Part shown: one piece after another, positions 18,011 to 26,831 of the stretch
Position numbering within the stretch: position 1 is the first letter of the stretch
Layout of the letters: every line of letters starts with the position of its first letter
DNA from: an uncultured Clostridia bacterium
Lineage (GTDB): Bacteria > Bacillota > Clostridia > TANB77 > CAG-508
Length of the DNA stretch: 64,000 nucleotides
Direction of reading: 5' to 3'
Assembly: GCA_944388045.1 (NCBI GenBank)
Contig: CALXHG010000009.1
Location: 857 to 64,856, forward strand
The notes under the pieces: model-generated
Database searches by the model: none
Told to the model about the DNA's origin: nothing
The model's input: only the letters and a program-made list of their open reading frames with translations
Position numbers and translations under genes: made by a program

Positions 18011-18517
18011 TTATTCCTCTTTTTTGTTTTTTCTTTTGGTTTGTTTTTTTATTGGTTCATCTTTTACAATTTCTTTTATATCACTTAAATTATCTAATTC
18101 TTTCTTCTTCTCTCTAGTGTAAATTAATATGTTTTTAATTATATAATAAGATATAAATAAACATAAACCAGAAAAAATATATGTAGTATTATCTATATTA
18201 AAAACTCTTGGAATATATAATATTAATAAAGTAAATATAGATAAAACTAAAAATTCTATCCCATTTAAAGCTAAAGTGTCATTATCATTTTTATATGCTT
18301 TTTCAAAAATTAATATTGTAAGTATTAAAAATAAAAAACTTGTAAATTTTATGTATATTAAAAATATGTCTGGTTTCATGTATTGTTCTATTATATTAAA
18401 AAATATAAAATACATTGTTACTAATGTGATATATATTAAGTTTAAAACTATGTTTTGAGACATTATTTCTTTTATTTTTTTTAAAATATTTATTTTTTCT
18501 TTAGCATTTTCTTCCAA
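18011..18517 (-). CDS. Hypothetical multi-pass membrane protein
   Basis: 168 aa with about four hydrophobic helices and a Lys-rich C-terminus. Confidence 0.55.
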   Translation of the reverse strand: MEENAKEKINILKKIKEIMSQNIVLNLIYITLVTMYFIFFNIIEQYMKPDIFLIYIKFTSFLFLILTILIFEKAYKNDNDTLALNGIEFLVLSIFTLLILYIPRVFNIDNTTYIFSGLCLFISYYIIKNILIYTREKKKELDNLSDIKEIVKDEPIKKQTKRKNKKEE

Positions 18518-18611
18518 TTTTGGTTCCTCTTTCTTTTTATATATCTAATATAATACCACCTTTTTGCATATTTATCAAGTATTTTTGAATAATTATTTTT
18601 TATCATTGTTG

Positions 18612-18816
18612 TTGGGTGGGTCTTGTTGGGGTCGGTCCCAAAACAAAAAAGGGACCGACCCCGACACAAAAAGGGACCGACCCCAACAACAAAAGGGACC
18701 GACCCCGACAACAAAAGGGACCGACCCCAACAACAAAAGGGACCGACCCCGACACAAAAAGGGACCGACCCCAAAACAAAAAGGGACCGACCCCAACAAC
18801 AAAAGGGACCGACCCC
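18612..18816 (+). repeat. Hairpin-capped 22-bp tandem repeat array, 1 inverted + 8 direct units (core GGGACCGACCCC)
   Basis: Direct cores start at 18651, 18673, 18695, 18717, 18739, 18761, 18783 and 18805 (exact period 22); inverted unit at 18626-18639; the array ends 12 nt from the addA stop. Confidence 0.95.
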
Positions 18817-18827
18817 AGTAGCCTATT

Positions 18828-21800
18828 TCAAGCTAGATTGACATCAATTTCTTTTTCTAAATATGTTGAATATATATATGCTTTATCTACTTTTCTTTCT
18901 AAAGCTGATTCTAATGCATTTTTATATAATTCTAATTGTGTTTTATATTTATCAATTAATATTTTTTCTTGTTTATTTGCAACATAATCTGTTTTAAAAT
19001 CTACTAATATTAGTTTTCCTTTTTCATTTATATAATACAAGTCTATAATACCTTGAACAAGTATTTTTTCTTCTACATTTTTATTATATATTTCTTTTGC
19101 AGGAATATTTATATAAAAAGGCTTTTCTCTTTCCACAACATTTGCTTTAGTCATCTCTTTCCAAATATTTGATTTGGTAAATTGTAGTATTTTATTTAAA
19201 TTAATAGCATATGCTTCTTGTTGTGTGATTATTTTTTTAGCAACTAGTTTTTCAACTAATTCTTTTATTCCTTCTAAATTATATTCTTGTTTTTTTACAT
19301 CCAATTTTTGCATACATAAATGTATTAATGTTCCCTTTTCAGCATTTGTTATTTTTACATCTTCGTCTGATTGTAAAAATTTAGGTTTTGGCAACTCTTC
19401 ACATTCATTAATATTTTCTAATGTTTTTGGATTCTGATTAATTCTAATATTATTTTCTATAGCATTATTATAAGCACATTTATAATTATTTAACTTATCA
19501 ATATCATTCTCTATAATATCACTATATTGTCTATTAATATTATTTATTTTGCTCTCTAAACTCATTTGTTTTATTTGTGTTACTGATGTTTTTGTTGGTA
19601 TTATTGTAGATTCTATAAATGGATATATATAATTTAATTTTTCTATAATCTGTTTTTCTAATTTTTCTTCTTTAGGATATTCATCTAATTTTTTTATTAT
19701 ATTTTTAGATATGTCTTCTTCATCTTCTTTTTTATTTTCTTTTTCATACATATTTATTATTTCATCTTTTTTATAATAATTCCATGTAGAAAGTTCATTC
19801 ATTTTTTCTTTATTGTAATTGTATATTAACATTAGCCATTCTAGATATGATTTTGCATTTTGTAATAACATTACACTTAAATTTTCATATTTTTCGACAT
19901 TTTCCATCATTTTATCTATTTTTTCTTTTTTAGTAAATCCTGTTATAATTATCTTCTCTTTTGCTCTTGTTAATGCAACATATAAAACTCTCATTTCTTC
20001 TGATAAAGTTTCTATTTTTATTTTATTTCTTATTGCCCTTTTTGATAAAGTATCATATCTAATTTGCAAATCATAATCTATATATTTTACACCAATTCCT
20101 AATTCTGGGTGTAATAATATTTTTTGATTTAAATCTTGCAAATTAAATTGTTTTCCAGTATTAGCTAAAATAACAACAGGAAATTCTAGCCCCTTACTTT
20201 TATGTATACTCATAATTCTTATAACATCATCATTTTCTCCAATTACTCTTGCAGAATCCATATCTTTACTACTTGTTTTAATTTTTTCTATATAATTTAT
20301 GAAATTATATAATCCTTTAAAACTAATATTTTCACATTGTTTTGCTATTTCAAATAACATTTTTAAATTGGCTTGTCTTAATTCTCCATTTTTCATAAGT
20401 CCAACATAATTAAAATATCCTGTGTCATTATAAATTTTCCAAATAAATTCTGGTAAGCTTAAATATTCTTGTTCTTTTCTCCACATTTCTAATTTATTCA
20501 AAAAGTCTTCAATTTTTAAACGTAATTCTTCATCTACATTTATTTCGGATTTTAATATTGTTGTATAAAAATTATCATATTTATCACATAGACGAATTTC
20601 TACTAAATCATTATCTGTAAAGCCACCTATCATACTTCTCATTGTTGCCACTAGCGGAATTTCTTGTAATGGATTATCTATAATTTTTAGTAAATTCATA
20701 ATTGTTTGAATTTCTAAACTTTCTAAATATTCTGATGAAGAATCACTAAAAACAGGCATTCCTAATTTTATAATTTCTTTTTCAAATATTGGTGCAGATG
20801 TTTTTGTTGACCTTAATAAAATAACTATATCTTTATATTTTATATCTCTTTGAATTTTGTTTTTTGCATCATAAACTTGAAATTTATTTTCTATTAATTG
20901 TTTTATTTTATTTGCAACAAACTGTGCTTCTACTTCTATATCTTCTTTTCTTTCTACTTCTTCTTTAAATTCTTCATCATCCACATCTTCTTGAAGTGTC
21001 TCAACTTCTAATTCTTCTGGATTTTGTGTTTTTTCATCATTTGTTTCAATTTGTATAATGTCTATTTCTGCTTTTAAATCTTCTCCTGTGTCTTTATAAT
21101 CTGCTCCTAAATTCAAATATTCTTCTTCTGTGTAATTTAATTCTCCTAACTCCTCACTCATTATTTTTGAAAAGATTAAATTAGAAAAATCTAAGACTTC
21201 TCTTCTGCTTCTAAAATTTTTGAATAATTGAATTTTTAAATCATCTTTTTCTGTTTTTTGTTGCTTTAATTTGTATTTTTTATATTTATCTAAAAATAAA
21301 TCTGGTCTTGCTTGTCTAAATTTATAAATACTTTGTTTTACATCTCCAACCATGAAAATATTATTTCCTTTAGAAATTGATGTTAATATATATTCTTGCA
21401 CTAAATTACTATCTTGATATTCATCTATTGCTATTTCTTCAAATTTTTGTTGATATTTTTTTGCAATTTCTGTTGGATTGCCATTTTCGTCTATTAAAAT
21501 TTTTAAAGCAAAGTGTTCTATATCACTAAAATCTACTATATTTTTCTCTTTTTTCTTTTTAGAAAATTGGCTCGAAAACTCTAATATAACATTTTCTAGT
21601 TTGTTTAGTATTTTATACATATGAATTATATCTTTAAAACTTTCTTGTGAATTCATAACTAATACTTTATCTGCAACAGCTTCTAATGATTTTATGACTT
21701 TTGACCTTACTTTTTGAGCACTTATTTTATCTTCTGTTTTTATTTTTGAGTCCACTAGCCATTTTCCAAAATTTATTGAACTATATATTTCATATGCTTT

Positions 21801-22613
21801 ATCCCATGTATCTAAATTAGCTTGTAATAATTCTAATTGTTGTAAATTTCCTCTTAAAAGTTCATAACTTTTTTTCAATTCATCAATTTTTGATAAATTT
21901 TCAACTTCTGGTTTTAATTGATATATTCCATCATCAACAATTTCTTTTATTTGATTTAACAATATATTTCCCCAAGTTGTTTTGGAAAAATCTTGATTTA
22001 TATCTTCTGGGAAATTAAACATTTCTATTTTTTCATGTAACCATTTTTCTGGATATGGATTGCTTTGAATATATTTGTAAATTGTTAATATCAAATCTTT
22101 TAATGGTGTATCATCTCTATATTCTGTATATGTATTTACTAATTTTAAGAAATCTTCATCATTATTTTCATATTTTTCTTCAAACAAATCTTCTAATACA
22201 TCTTGTTGTAATATTTCTATTTCTGTCGTATCTCCTATTCTAAAATTGTTTGACAAATCAATTTCAAAGAAATTATTTCTTACTACATCTAAACAAAAAG
22301 AGTCTATTGTACATATACTAGATTTATTTAATAAAGTTACTTGTCTTTGTAGTCGTTCATCATCTGGTTTTTCATCAATTTTTTTATATATTGCTTTTAA
22401 AACTCTTTCTCTCATTTCTGATGCTGCTGCATTTGTAAAAGTTACTACTAAAAGTCTATCTATATCTATTTTTTCATTTATTATTTTATTTATTATTCTT
22501 TCAACTAATACTGCTGTTTTTCCACTTCCTGCAGCAGCTGCAACCAATATATTATTTCCTTTTTCATATATTGCTTGTTCTTGCTCTTTAGTCCATTTTA
22601 CTTCTTCAGCCAT
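18828..22613 (-). CDS. addA: ATP-dependent helicase/nuclease subunit A (AddA/RexA type)
   Basis: UvrD-type helicase N-terminus (AAAGSGKTAVLVERI), 1261 aa, C-terminal PD-(D/E)XK nuclease motif GIIDLYY...LVDFKTDY. Confidence 0.88.
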   Translation of the reverse strand: MAEEVKWTKEQEQAIYEKGNNILVAAAAGSGKTAVLVERIINKIINEKIDIDRLLVVTFTNAAASEMRERVLKAIYKKIDEKPDDERLQRQVTLLNKSSICTIDSFCLDVVRNNFFEIDLSNNFRIGDTTEIEILQQDVLEDLFEEKYENNDEDFLKLVNTYTEYRDDTPLKDLILTIYKYIQSNPYPEKWLHEKIEMFNFPEDINQDFSKTTWGNILLNQIKEIVDDGIYQLKPEVENLSKIDELKKSYELLRGNLQQLELLQANLDTWDKAYEIYSSINFGKWLVDSKIKTEDKISAQKVRSKVIKSLEAVADKVLVMNSQESFKDIIHMYKILNKLENVILEFSSQFSKKKKEKNIVDFSDIEHFALKILIDENGNPTEIAKKYQQKFEEIAIDEYQDSNLVQEYILTSISKGNNIFMVGDVKQSIYKFRQARPDLFLDKYKKYKLKQQKTEKDDLKIQLFKNFRSRREVLDFSNLIFSKIMSEELGELNYTEEEYLNLGADYKDTGEDLKAEIDIIQIETNDEKTQNPEELEVETLQEDVDDEEFKEEVERKEDIEVEAQFVANKIKQLIENKFQVYDAKNKIQRDIKYKDIVILLRSTKTSAPIFEKEIIKLGMPVFSDSSSEYLESLEIQTIMNLLKIIDNPLQEIPLVATMRSMIGGFTDNDLVEIRLCDKYDNFYTTILKSEINVDEELRLKIEDFLNKLEMWRKEQEYLSLPEFIWKIYNDTGYFNYVGLMKNGELRQANLKMLFEIAKQCENISFKGLYNFINYIEKIKTSSKDMDSARVIGENDDVIRIMSIHKSKGLEFPVVILANTGKQFNLQDLNQKILLHPELGIGVKYIDYDLQIRYDTLSKRAIRNKIKIETLSEEMRVLYVALTRAKEKIIITGFTKKEKIDKMMENVEKYENLSVMLLQNAKSYLEWLMLIYNYNKEKMNELSTWNYYKKDEIINMYEKENKKEDEEDISKNIIKKLDEYPKEEKLEKQIIEKLNYIYPFIESTIIPTKTSVTQIKQMSLESKINNINRQYSDIIENDIDKLNNYKCAYNNAIENNIRINQNPKTLENINECEELPKPKFLQSDEDVKITNAEKGTLIHLCMQKLDVKKQEYNLEGIKELVEKLVAKKIITQQEAYAINLNKILQFTKSNIWKEMTKANVVEREKPFYINIPAKEIYNKNVEEKILVQGIIDLYYINEKGKLILVDFKTDYVANKQEKILIDKYKTQLELYKNALESALERKVDKAYIYSTYLEKEIDVNLA

Positions 22614-22638
22614 AAATATTCTCCTTTTGGTAAATTTT

Positions 22639-22694
22639 GTGCCGGTTCTCTTTTTTACTTTTTGTTGGCAAAAAAGTACCGGTTCTCTTTTTTT
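22639..22694 (+). repeat. Family H2 motif, direct pair
   Basis: GTGCCGGTTCTCTTTTTT (22639) and GTACCGGTTCTCTTTTTTT (22676), immediately upstream of the addA start. Confidence 0.65.
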
Positions 22695-22800
22695 CTATTT
22701 TGATTGATGTATAATTCCAAATATTAATCAAAATAGTATCAATCATATTTTAATAAATTATTTACAAAAAATCAAATATTTTTTATGTTATATTCATACT

Positions 22801-23192
22801 GTGGTCGGTCCCTTTTTGTGTCGGGGTCGGTCCTCTTTTTGGTTGGGGTCGGTCCTAAATCAAACCAATATAAATTGTTTTTTATACCTTGTGTGTCGCA
22901 ACCTACAAAAGAATTTCAATAAGTAGGTTGCTCCAAATCGCATTCGCTACGCTCATTTGGTCGCTTACGCGGTATTACAAAACAATTTATATTGGTTTGA
23001 TTTAGGACCGACCCCAACCAAAAAGAGGACCGACCCCGACAACAAAAGGGACCGACCCCGACACAAAAAGGGACCGACCCCGACAACAAAAGGGACCGAC
23101 CCCGACAACAAAAGGGACCGACCCCGACAACAAAAGGGACCGACCCCAACACCAAAAGGGACCGACCCCAACACCAAAAGGGACCGACCCCA
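22801..23192. repeat. Palindromic composite of the 22-bp repeat family: 3 inverted units + unique core + 9 direct units
   Basis: ~85-bp inverted arms (22801-22886 vs 22971-23060) flank an 84-bp GC-richer core with its own hairpin (22898-22931); direct cores run every 22 bp from 23004 to 23180. Confidence 0.95.
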
Positions 23193-23261
23193 GATAAAAA
23201 CAGCATTTATGTCGCAAAAAGGAGCAGAGAACAACTATAGTCATTCTCTGCTCCTTTCGCC

Positions 23262-23615
23262 TTAGGTCTCGTCGTTATTAATCAATTTCCGCAGATCCAA
23301 GACCCCATTGTGGGGCTTAATATCTGCCTTAACCAAATCGTGGGATTTTTCATCCCACACGAGAACCTCTGCGTCACCATCTGCCAGAATCAGTTTACGG
23401 ATTTTTCCGTTGCGAGCATCAAGCCCACAGGCATAACCTGCTGTCTTCTGGCTGTCAGGCTCCCCCTTGACAATAATAATATCATCGGTGCCGTCACCAC
23501 TCAACCGCATGCCGGTACCACCCCAACGAAGAATCGCCGCTAATTTTCGAACGTCTTCCCTGTCAAGGATAATAACTACACTTTTCATACTTTTTTCCTC
23601 CTTGTCATTCGACAA
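23262..23615 (-). CDS. Hypothetical protein, GC-anomalous single-gene islet
   Basis: 117-aa ORF (probably from MKSVVIILD), much higher G+C than backbone, in-frame CGG codon, GGAGG RBS, consensus promoter upstream. Confidence 0.55.
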   Translation of the reverse strand: MSNDKEEKSMKSVVIILDREDVRKLAAILRWGGTGMRLSGDGTDDIIIVKGEPDSQKTAGYACGLDARNGKIRKLILADGDAEVLVWDEKSHDLVKADIKPHNGVLDLRKLINNDET

Positions 23616-23661
23616 ATAATGTGTGTGTAGCTTTCAGCTTTGGTCTAAACCAAACTATTTA

Positions 23662-23690
23662 ATTATATACCATTTTTTGAAATTTGTCAA
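23662..23690 (-). promoter_or_regulatory. Consensus sigma-A type promoter for 23262..23615
   Basis: Minus strand TTGACA - 17 nt - TATAAT (-35 at 23685-23690, -10 at 23662-23667). Confidence 0.65.
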
Positions 23691-23724
23691 TATTTTACAA
23701 AAATAATTTGTACATAAGTAATAG

Positions 23725-23761
23725 TTACTGGATAATGGTCTTAAATAATATTATCCAGTAA
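23725..23761 (-). terminator. Hairpin downstream of sleB
   Basis: Perfect 12-bp stem TTACTGGATAAT/ATTATCCAGTAA with a 13-nt loop, 21 nt after the stop codon. Confidence 0.5.
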
Positions 23762-23781
23762 TTTATAAGCTGTTGCATAAA

Positions 23782-24471
23782 TTATTTACAAAATCTATGT
23801 TTTCCAATTGTAACTGTCATTGGTCTAGACCAAATCCATTTATTTGTTGCAGTACTTGGATTAAAATAATATATTGCACCATATGATGGATCCCATCCAT
23901 TCATTGCATCTTGTGCAGCTTTTCTTGCTGTACTATTTGGTGTTAAATTAATTTGACCATCAGAAACAGCATCAAATGCACCACTTTGATATATTACGCC
24001 AGATATTGTATTTGGGAAACTACTATGTTTTACTCTATTTAAAACAACTGCTGCAACTGCAACTTGTCCCGTATATGATTCTCCTCTTGCCTCTCCATAT
24101 ACAAGTCTAGCTAGCAAATCAACATTAGCAGAATTATTTGAAGAACTTCCAGAAGATCCACTTGATGATGAACTAGACATTATTCCCATAGCATTAAGTG
24201 TATTCTTTCCTGCTATTCCATCTACTGTTAATCCATTTTTTTGTTGAAATTTTTTTACTGCAGAAACAGTTTGGCTTCCATATATTCCATCAACTGAGCC
24301 ATTATAATATCCCCATCTCTTTAATTTTTCTTGAATTTTTCTAACTTCCTCACCTCTAGAACCATATTTAGATAATGTTTCAATATCATTATTATTTGTA
24401 TCATATACTACATATATAAAACTTGTTAATAAAACAAAAAAAAGTATAATCCATATTATTTTCTTTTTCAT
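23782..24471 (-). CDS. sleB: Spore cortex-lytic enzyme SleB-like (PG-binding domain + Hydrolase_2 domain)
   Basis: Signal/TM, PG_binding_1-like repeat (VRKIQEKLKRWGYYNGSVDGIYGSQTVSAVKKFQ), Ser-rich linker, C-terminal LARLVYGEARGE...AVVLNRVKHSSFPNTISGVIYQSGAF. Confidence 0.8.
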   Translation of the reverse strand: MKKKIIWIILFFVLLTSFIYVVYDTNNNDIETLSKYGSRGEEVRKIQEKLKRWGYYNGSVDGIYGSQTVSAVKKFQQKNGLTVDGIAGKNTLNAMGIMSSSSSSGSSGSSSNNSANVDLLARLVYGEARGESYTGQVAVAAVVLNRVKHSSFPNTISGVIYQSGAFDAVSDGQINLTPNSTARKAAQDAMNGWDPSYGAIYYFNPSTATNKWIWSRPMTVTIGKHRFCK

Positions 24472-24576
24472 AACAAAATAAATTCCTTTCTTTTTTTGTT
24501 ATTATTGGTAAAATAATATAAAATTATACATTTATTAACTTTTAAATTATTTATTTAAACTTATTATATTTATATA

Positions 24577-24705
24577 TATTAATAATTTATTGATAACAAT
24601 ATACTAATAAGTTTATTATTTATATCTTTATCTATTAATAATTTATTGACTATAATATACTAATAAGCTTATTATTCATATTTTTATCTATTAATAATTA
24701 TATTT
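24577..24705 (+). repeat. 56-bp direct repeat, about 2.3 copies, upstream of sleB
   Basis: TATTAATAATTTATTGA(T/C)... copies start at 24577, 24633 and 24689. Confidence 0.7.
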
Positions 24706-24723
24706 TCTTTATATTAATATTTA

Positions 24724-25164
24724 CTACAAATTTTTAATTGCATTTCTAGCTAATTCGTCACATCTATTGTTATATTCATTATCAGCATGTCCTTTAACTT
24801 TTATAAATTCCACTTTATGTTTTTGTGTTAATAAATATAATTCTTGCCATAATTCTTTATTTTTTACATTATCTCCATTTGCGGTTTTCCAGCCATTTTT
24901 CATCCAACCATAAATCCATTTTTGATTAAATGCATTTACTGTATATGCACTATCACTATATACTTGTACTTCACTTTCTACTTTTAAACATTTTAATGCT
25001 TCTATTACTGCTGTAATTTCCATTATATTATTGGTTGTATTTTTACTTCCTCCAGATATTTCTTTTTTAGCATTTCTATACATTAAAATAGCTCCCCATC
25101 CACCAGGTCCAGGATTTCCTGAACATGCTCCATCAGTATAAATTATAACTTTTTCAGTCATCAA
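24724..25164 (-). CDS. rnhA: Ribonuclease HI
   Basis: [50 protein letters not shown]. Confidence 0.9.
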   Translation of the reverse strand: MMTEKVIIYTDGACSGNPGPGGWGAILMYRNAKKEISGGSKNTTNNIMEITAVIEALKCLKVESEVQVYSDSAYTVNAFNQKWIYGWMKNGWKTANGDNVKNKELWQELYLLTQKHKVEFIKVKGHADNEYNNRCDELARNAIKNL

Positions 25165-25438
25165 AATTTCACTCTCTTTCTTTTAAACAAATATCTAATT
25201 AATATGCTAATTTTTTTCATTACTTTTAAAATTAAATATTTTTTGTAATATTTTATAGAATAATATCCCAAAAATTTTGTACTTAATATTGTATATATAA
25301 TTTTTTTATGATAAGATTATAACAGTAATTTTTAAAAAATACAACAAATAAAATGAATTTAATATTTTACAAATATATATTTGTAAAAAGAGAAAATTTC
25401 TTATATTTGTATTTATAAAAAGAAAGGATACTTTAATA

Positions 25439-26683
25439 ATGAGTAATATATTAGGAATTGTATGTGAATACAATCCATTTCATAATGGGCATTTATATCA
25501 TTTAACAGAATCAAAAAAAACAACAAATTCAGATTATTCTATTGCAGTTATTTCTGGAAACTTTACTCAACGTGGGGAACCATCTATTGTAAATAAATGG
25601 CAAAAAGCAGAAATGGCTTTAAAATCTGGAGTTGACTTAGTACTTGAGCTACCTGTTATATATTCTATATCTAGTGCAGAAAATTTTGCTCATGGTGCTA
25701 TAAAAATATTAGACTCATTAAATATTGTAGACTTTTTATCTTTTGGAAGTGAATGTGGAGATATTTCTATTTTAAATGATATAGTAGATGTTTTAATAGA
25801 AGAACCAAAAGCTTATACAACTTTACTATCTCATGAACTATCAAAGGGAATATCATTTCCAAAAGCAAGAGAAAATGCTTTAATGATGTATTTAGGAAAT
25901 ATTCGTAGATTCGCCAATATTCTTTCTGCTCCAAATAATATCTTAGGAATCGAATATTTAAAGGCATTAAGAAAACAAAATTCTATGATTAGACCAATTG
26001 CATTAAAAAGAAAAGAATCTGATCATAATGATAATTTATTTTCACATTCATCTTCTTTTGTAAGTGCAAGTGCCATTAGAAATGTTTGTAGTAACAATGA
26101 TATCACAAAATTACAACGAGTTATGCCAGAATCTTCTTATGATATATTAGAAGATTGTTTGAAAAAAGGAAATATAGTAAAAAATTTATCTGCTTATGAT
26201 AAAGAAATCATATATATGCTTAGAAAAATGTCTACAGAGGAAATTGCAGAACTTCCTGATGTATCTGAAGGTTTAGAATTTTCTTTAAAAAAGGCTGCAA
26301 ATGCTTGTAATTCTGTTGTTGAATTATTAACATTAGTAGATTCTAAAAGATATACAAAAACAAGAATTCAAAGAATTTTATTATATGCTATTCTTGGAAT
26401 AACAAAAAAAGATATTCAACTTTCTCAAACAATTTCTCCATATGTTAGAATATTAGGTTTTAATAATAAAGGAAAAGAAATGATAAGTGAAATTACAAGA
26501 AGAAATTCAAAACTAAATTTAGTAACATCTGTAAAAAAATTTTTAGATGAGACTTCTAATAAGTCTTTAAAATATTTTATGGCAAAAGATATTTGGGCTA
26601 CTAATGTTTATACTTTAGGTTTTGAATATGATTCTAAGGCAAATCTTGATTATACTCAAAAAATAGTTACATTAGAACAATAG
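25439..26683 (+). CDS. tmcAL: tRNA(Met) cytidine acetate ligase (UPF0348/YlbM family nucleotidyltransferase)
   Basis: N-terminal GIVCEYNPFHNGHLYHL signature, 414 aa. Confidence 0.75.
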   Translation: MSNILGIVCEYNPFHNGHLYHLTESKKTTNSDYSIAVISGNFTQRGEPSIVNKWQKAEMALKSGVDLVLELPVIYSISSAENFAHGAIKILDSLNIVDFLSFGSECGDISILNDIVDVLIEEPKAYTTLLSHELSKGISFPKARENALMMYLGNIRRFANILSAPNNILGIEYLKALRKQNSMIRPIALKRKESDHNDNLFSHSSSFVSASAIRNVCSNNDITKLQRVMPESSYDILEDCLKKGNIVKNLSAYDKEIIYMLRKMSTEEIAELPDVSEGLEFSLKKAANACNSVVELLTLVDSKRYTKTRIQRILLYAILGITKKDIQLSQTISPYVRILGFNNKGKEMISEITRRNSKLNLVTSVKKFLDETSNKSLKYFMAKDIWATNVYTLGFEYDSKANLDYTQKIVTLEQ

Positions 26684-26737
26684 CGGGCTTCTTTTAATTT
26701 TATAACATTTTAAAGTCCGCGTCATTGTTCGTGCGCC
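26675..26737 (+). repeat. Family H1 hairpin element, copy 2
   Basis: GAACAATAGCGGGCTT...AAGTCCGCGTCATTGTTCGTGCGCC; the tmcAL stop codon TAG (26681-26683) lies inside the left arm. Confidence 0.75.
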
Positions 26738-26831
26738 GATACAAGAAAAAAAGAAGGTATAGAATGATTTATTCTATATCTTCTTTTTTGTAAGGTAATG
26801 AAAAATTTTTGTCTAAATAAATACATTTTGC

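Noticed and set aside
18612-18816. The 22-bp arrays (also 7735-7797, 22801-23192, 29518-29688, 33418-33479) as CRISPR arrays
   Set aside because: The units are contiguous. The only variable part is a 10-nt low-complexity A/C tail drawn from a handful of variants, so there are no unique spacers. The repeat is too short, and no cas genes or leader are present in the window.
18490-23265. Track ORFs running through the arrays (for example 18564..18821, 18616..18987, 18623..18841, 18593..18802, 22916..23206, 22957..23265, 22965..23234, 23002..23244, and also 7635..7844) with KGTDPNNKRDRP- or GVGPFCCRGRSL-type repeats
   Set aside because: Open frames occur on both strands and in several phases simply because the 22-bp unit lacks stop codons. 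The peptide periodicity is 22 aa (3 x 22 nt), there are no RBS or start signals, and the frames end where the array ends.
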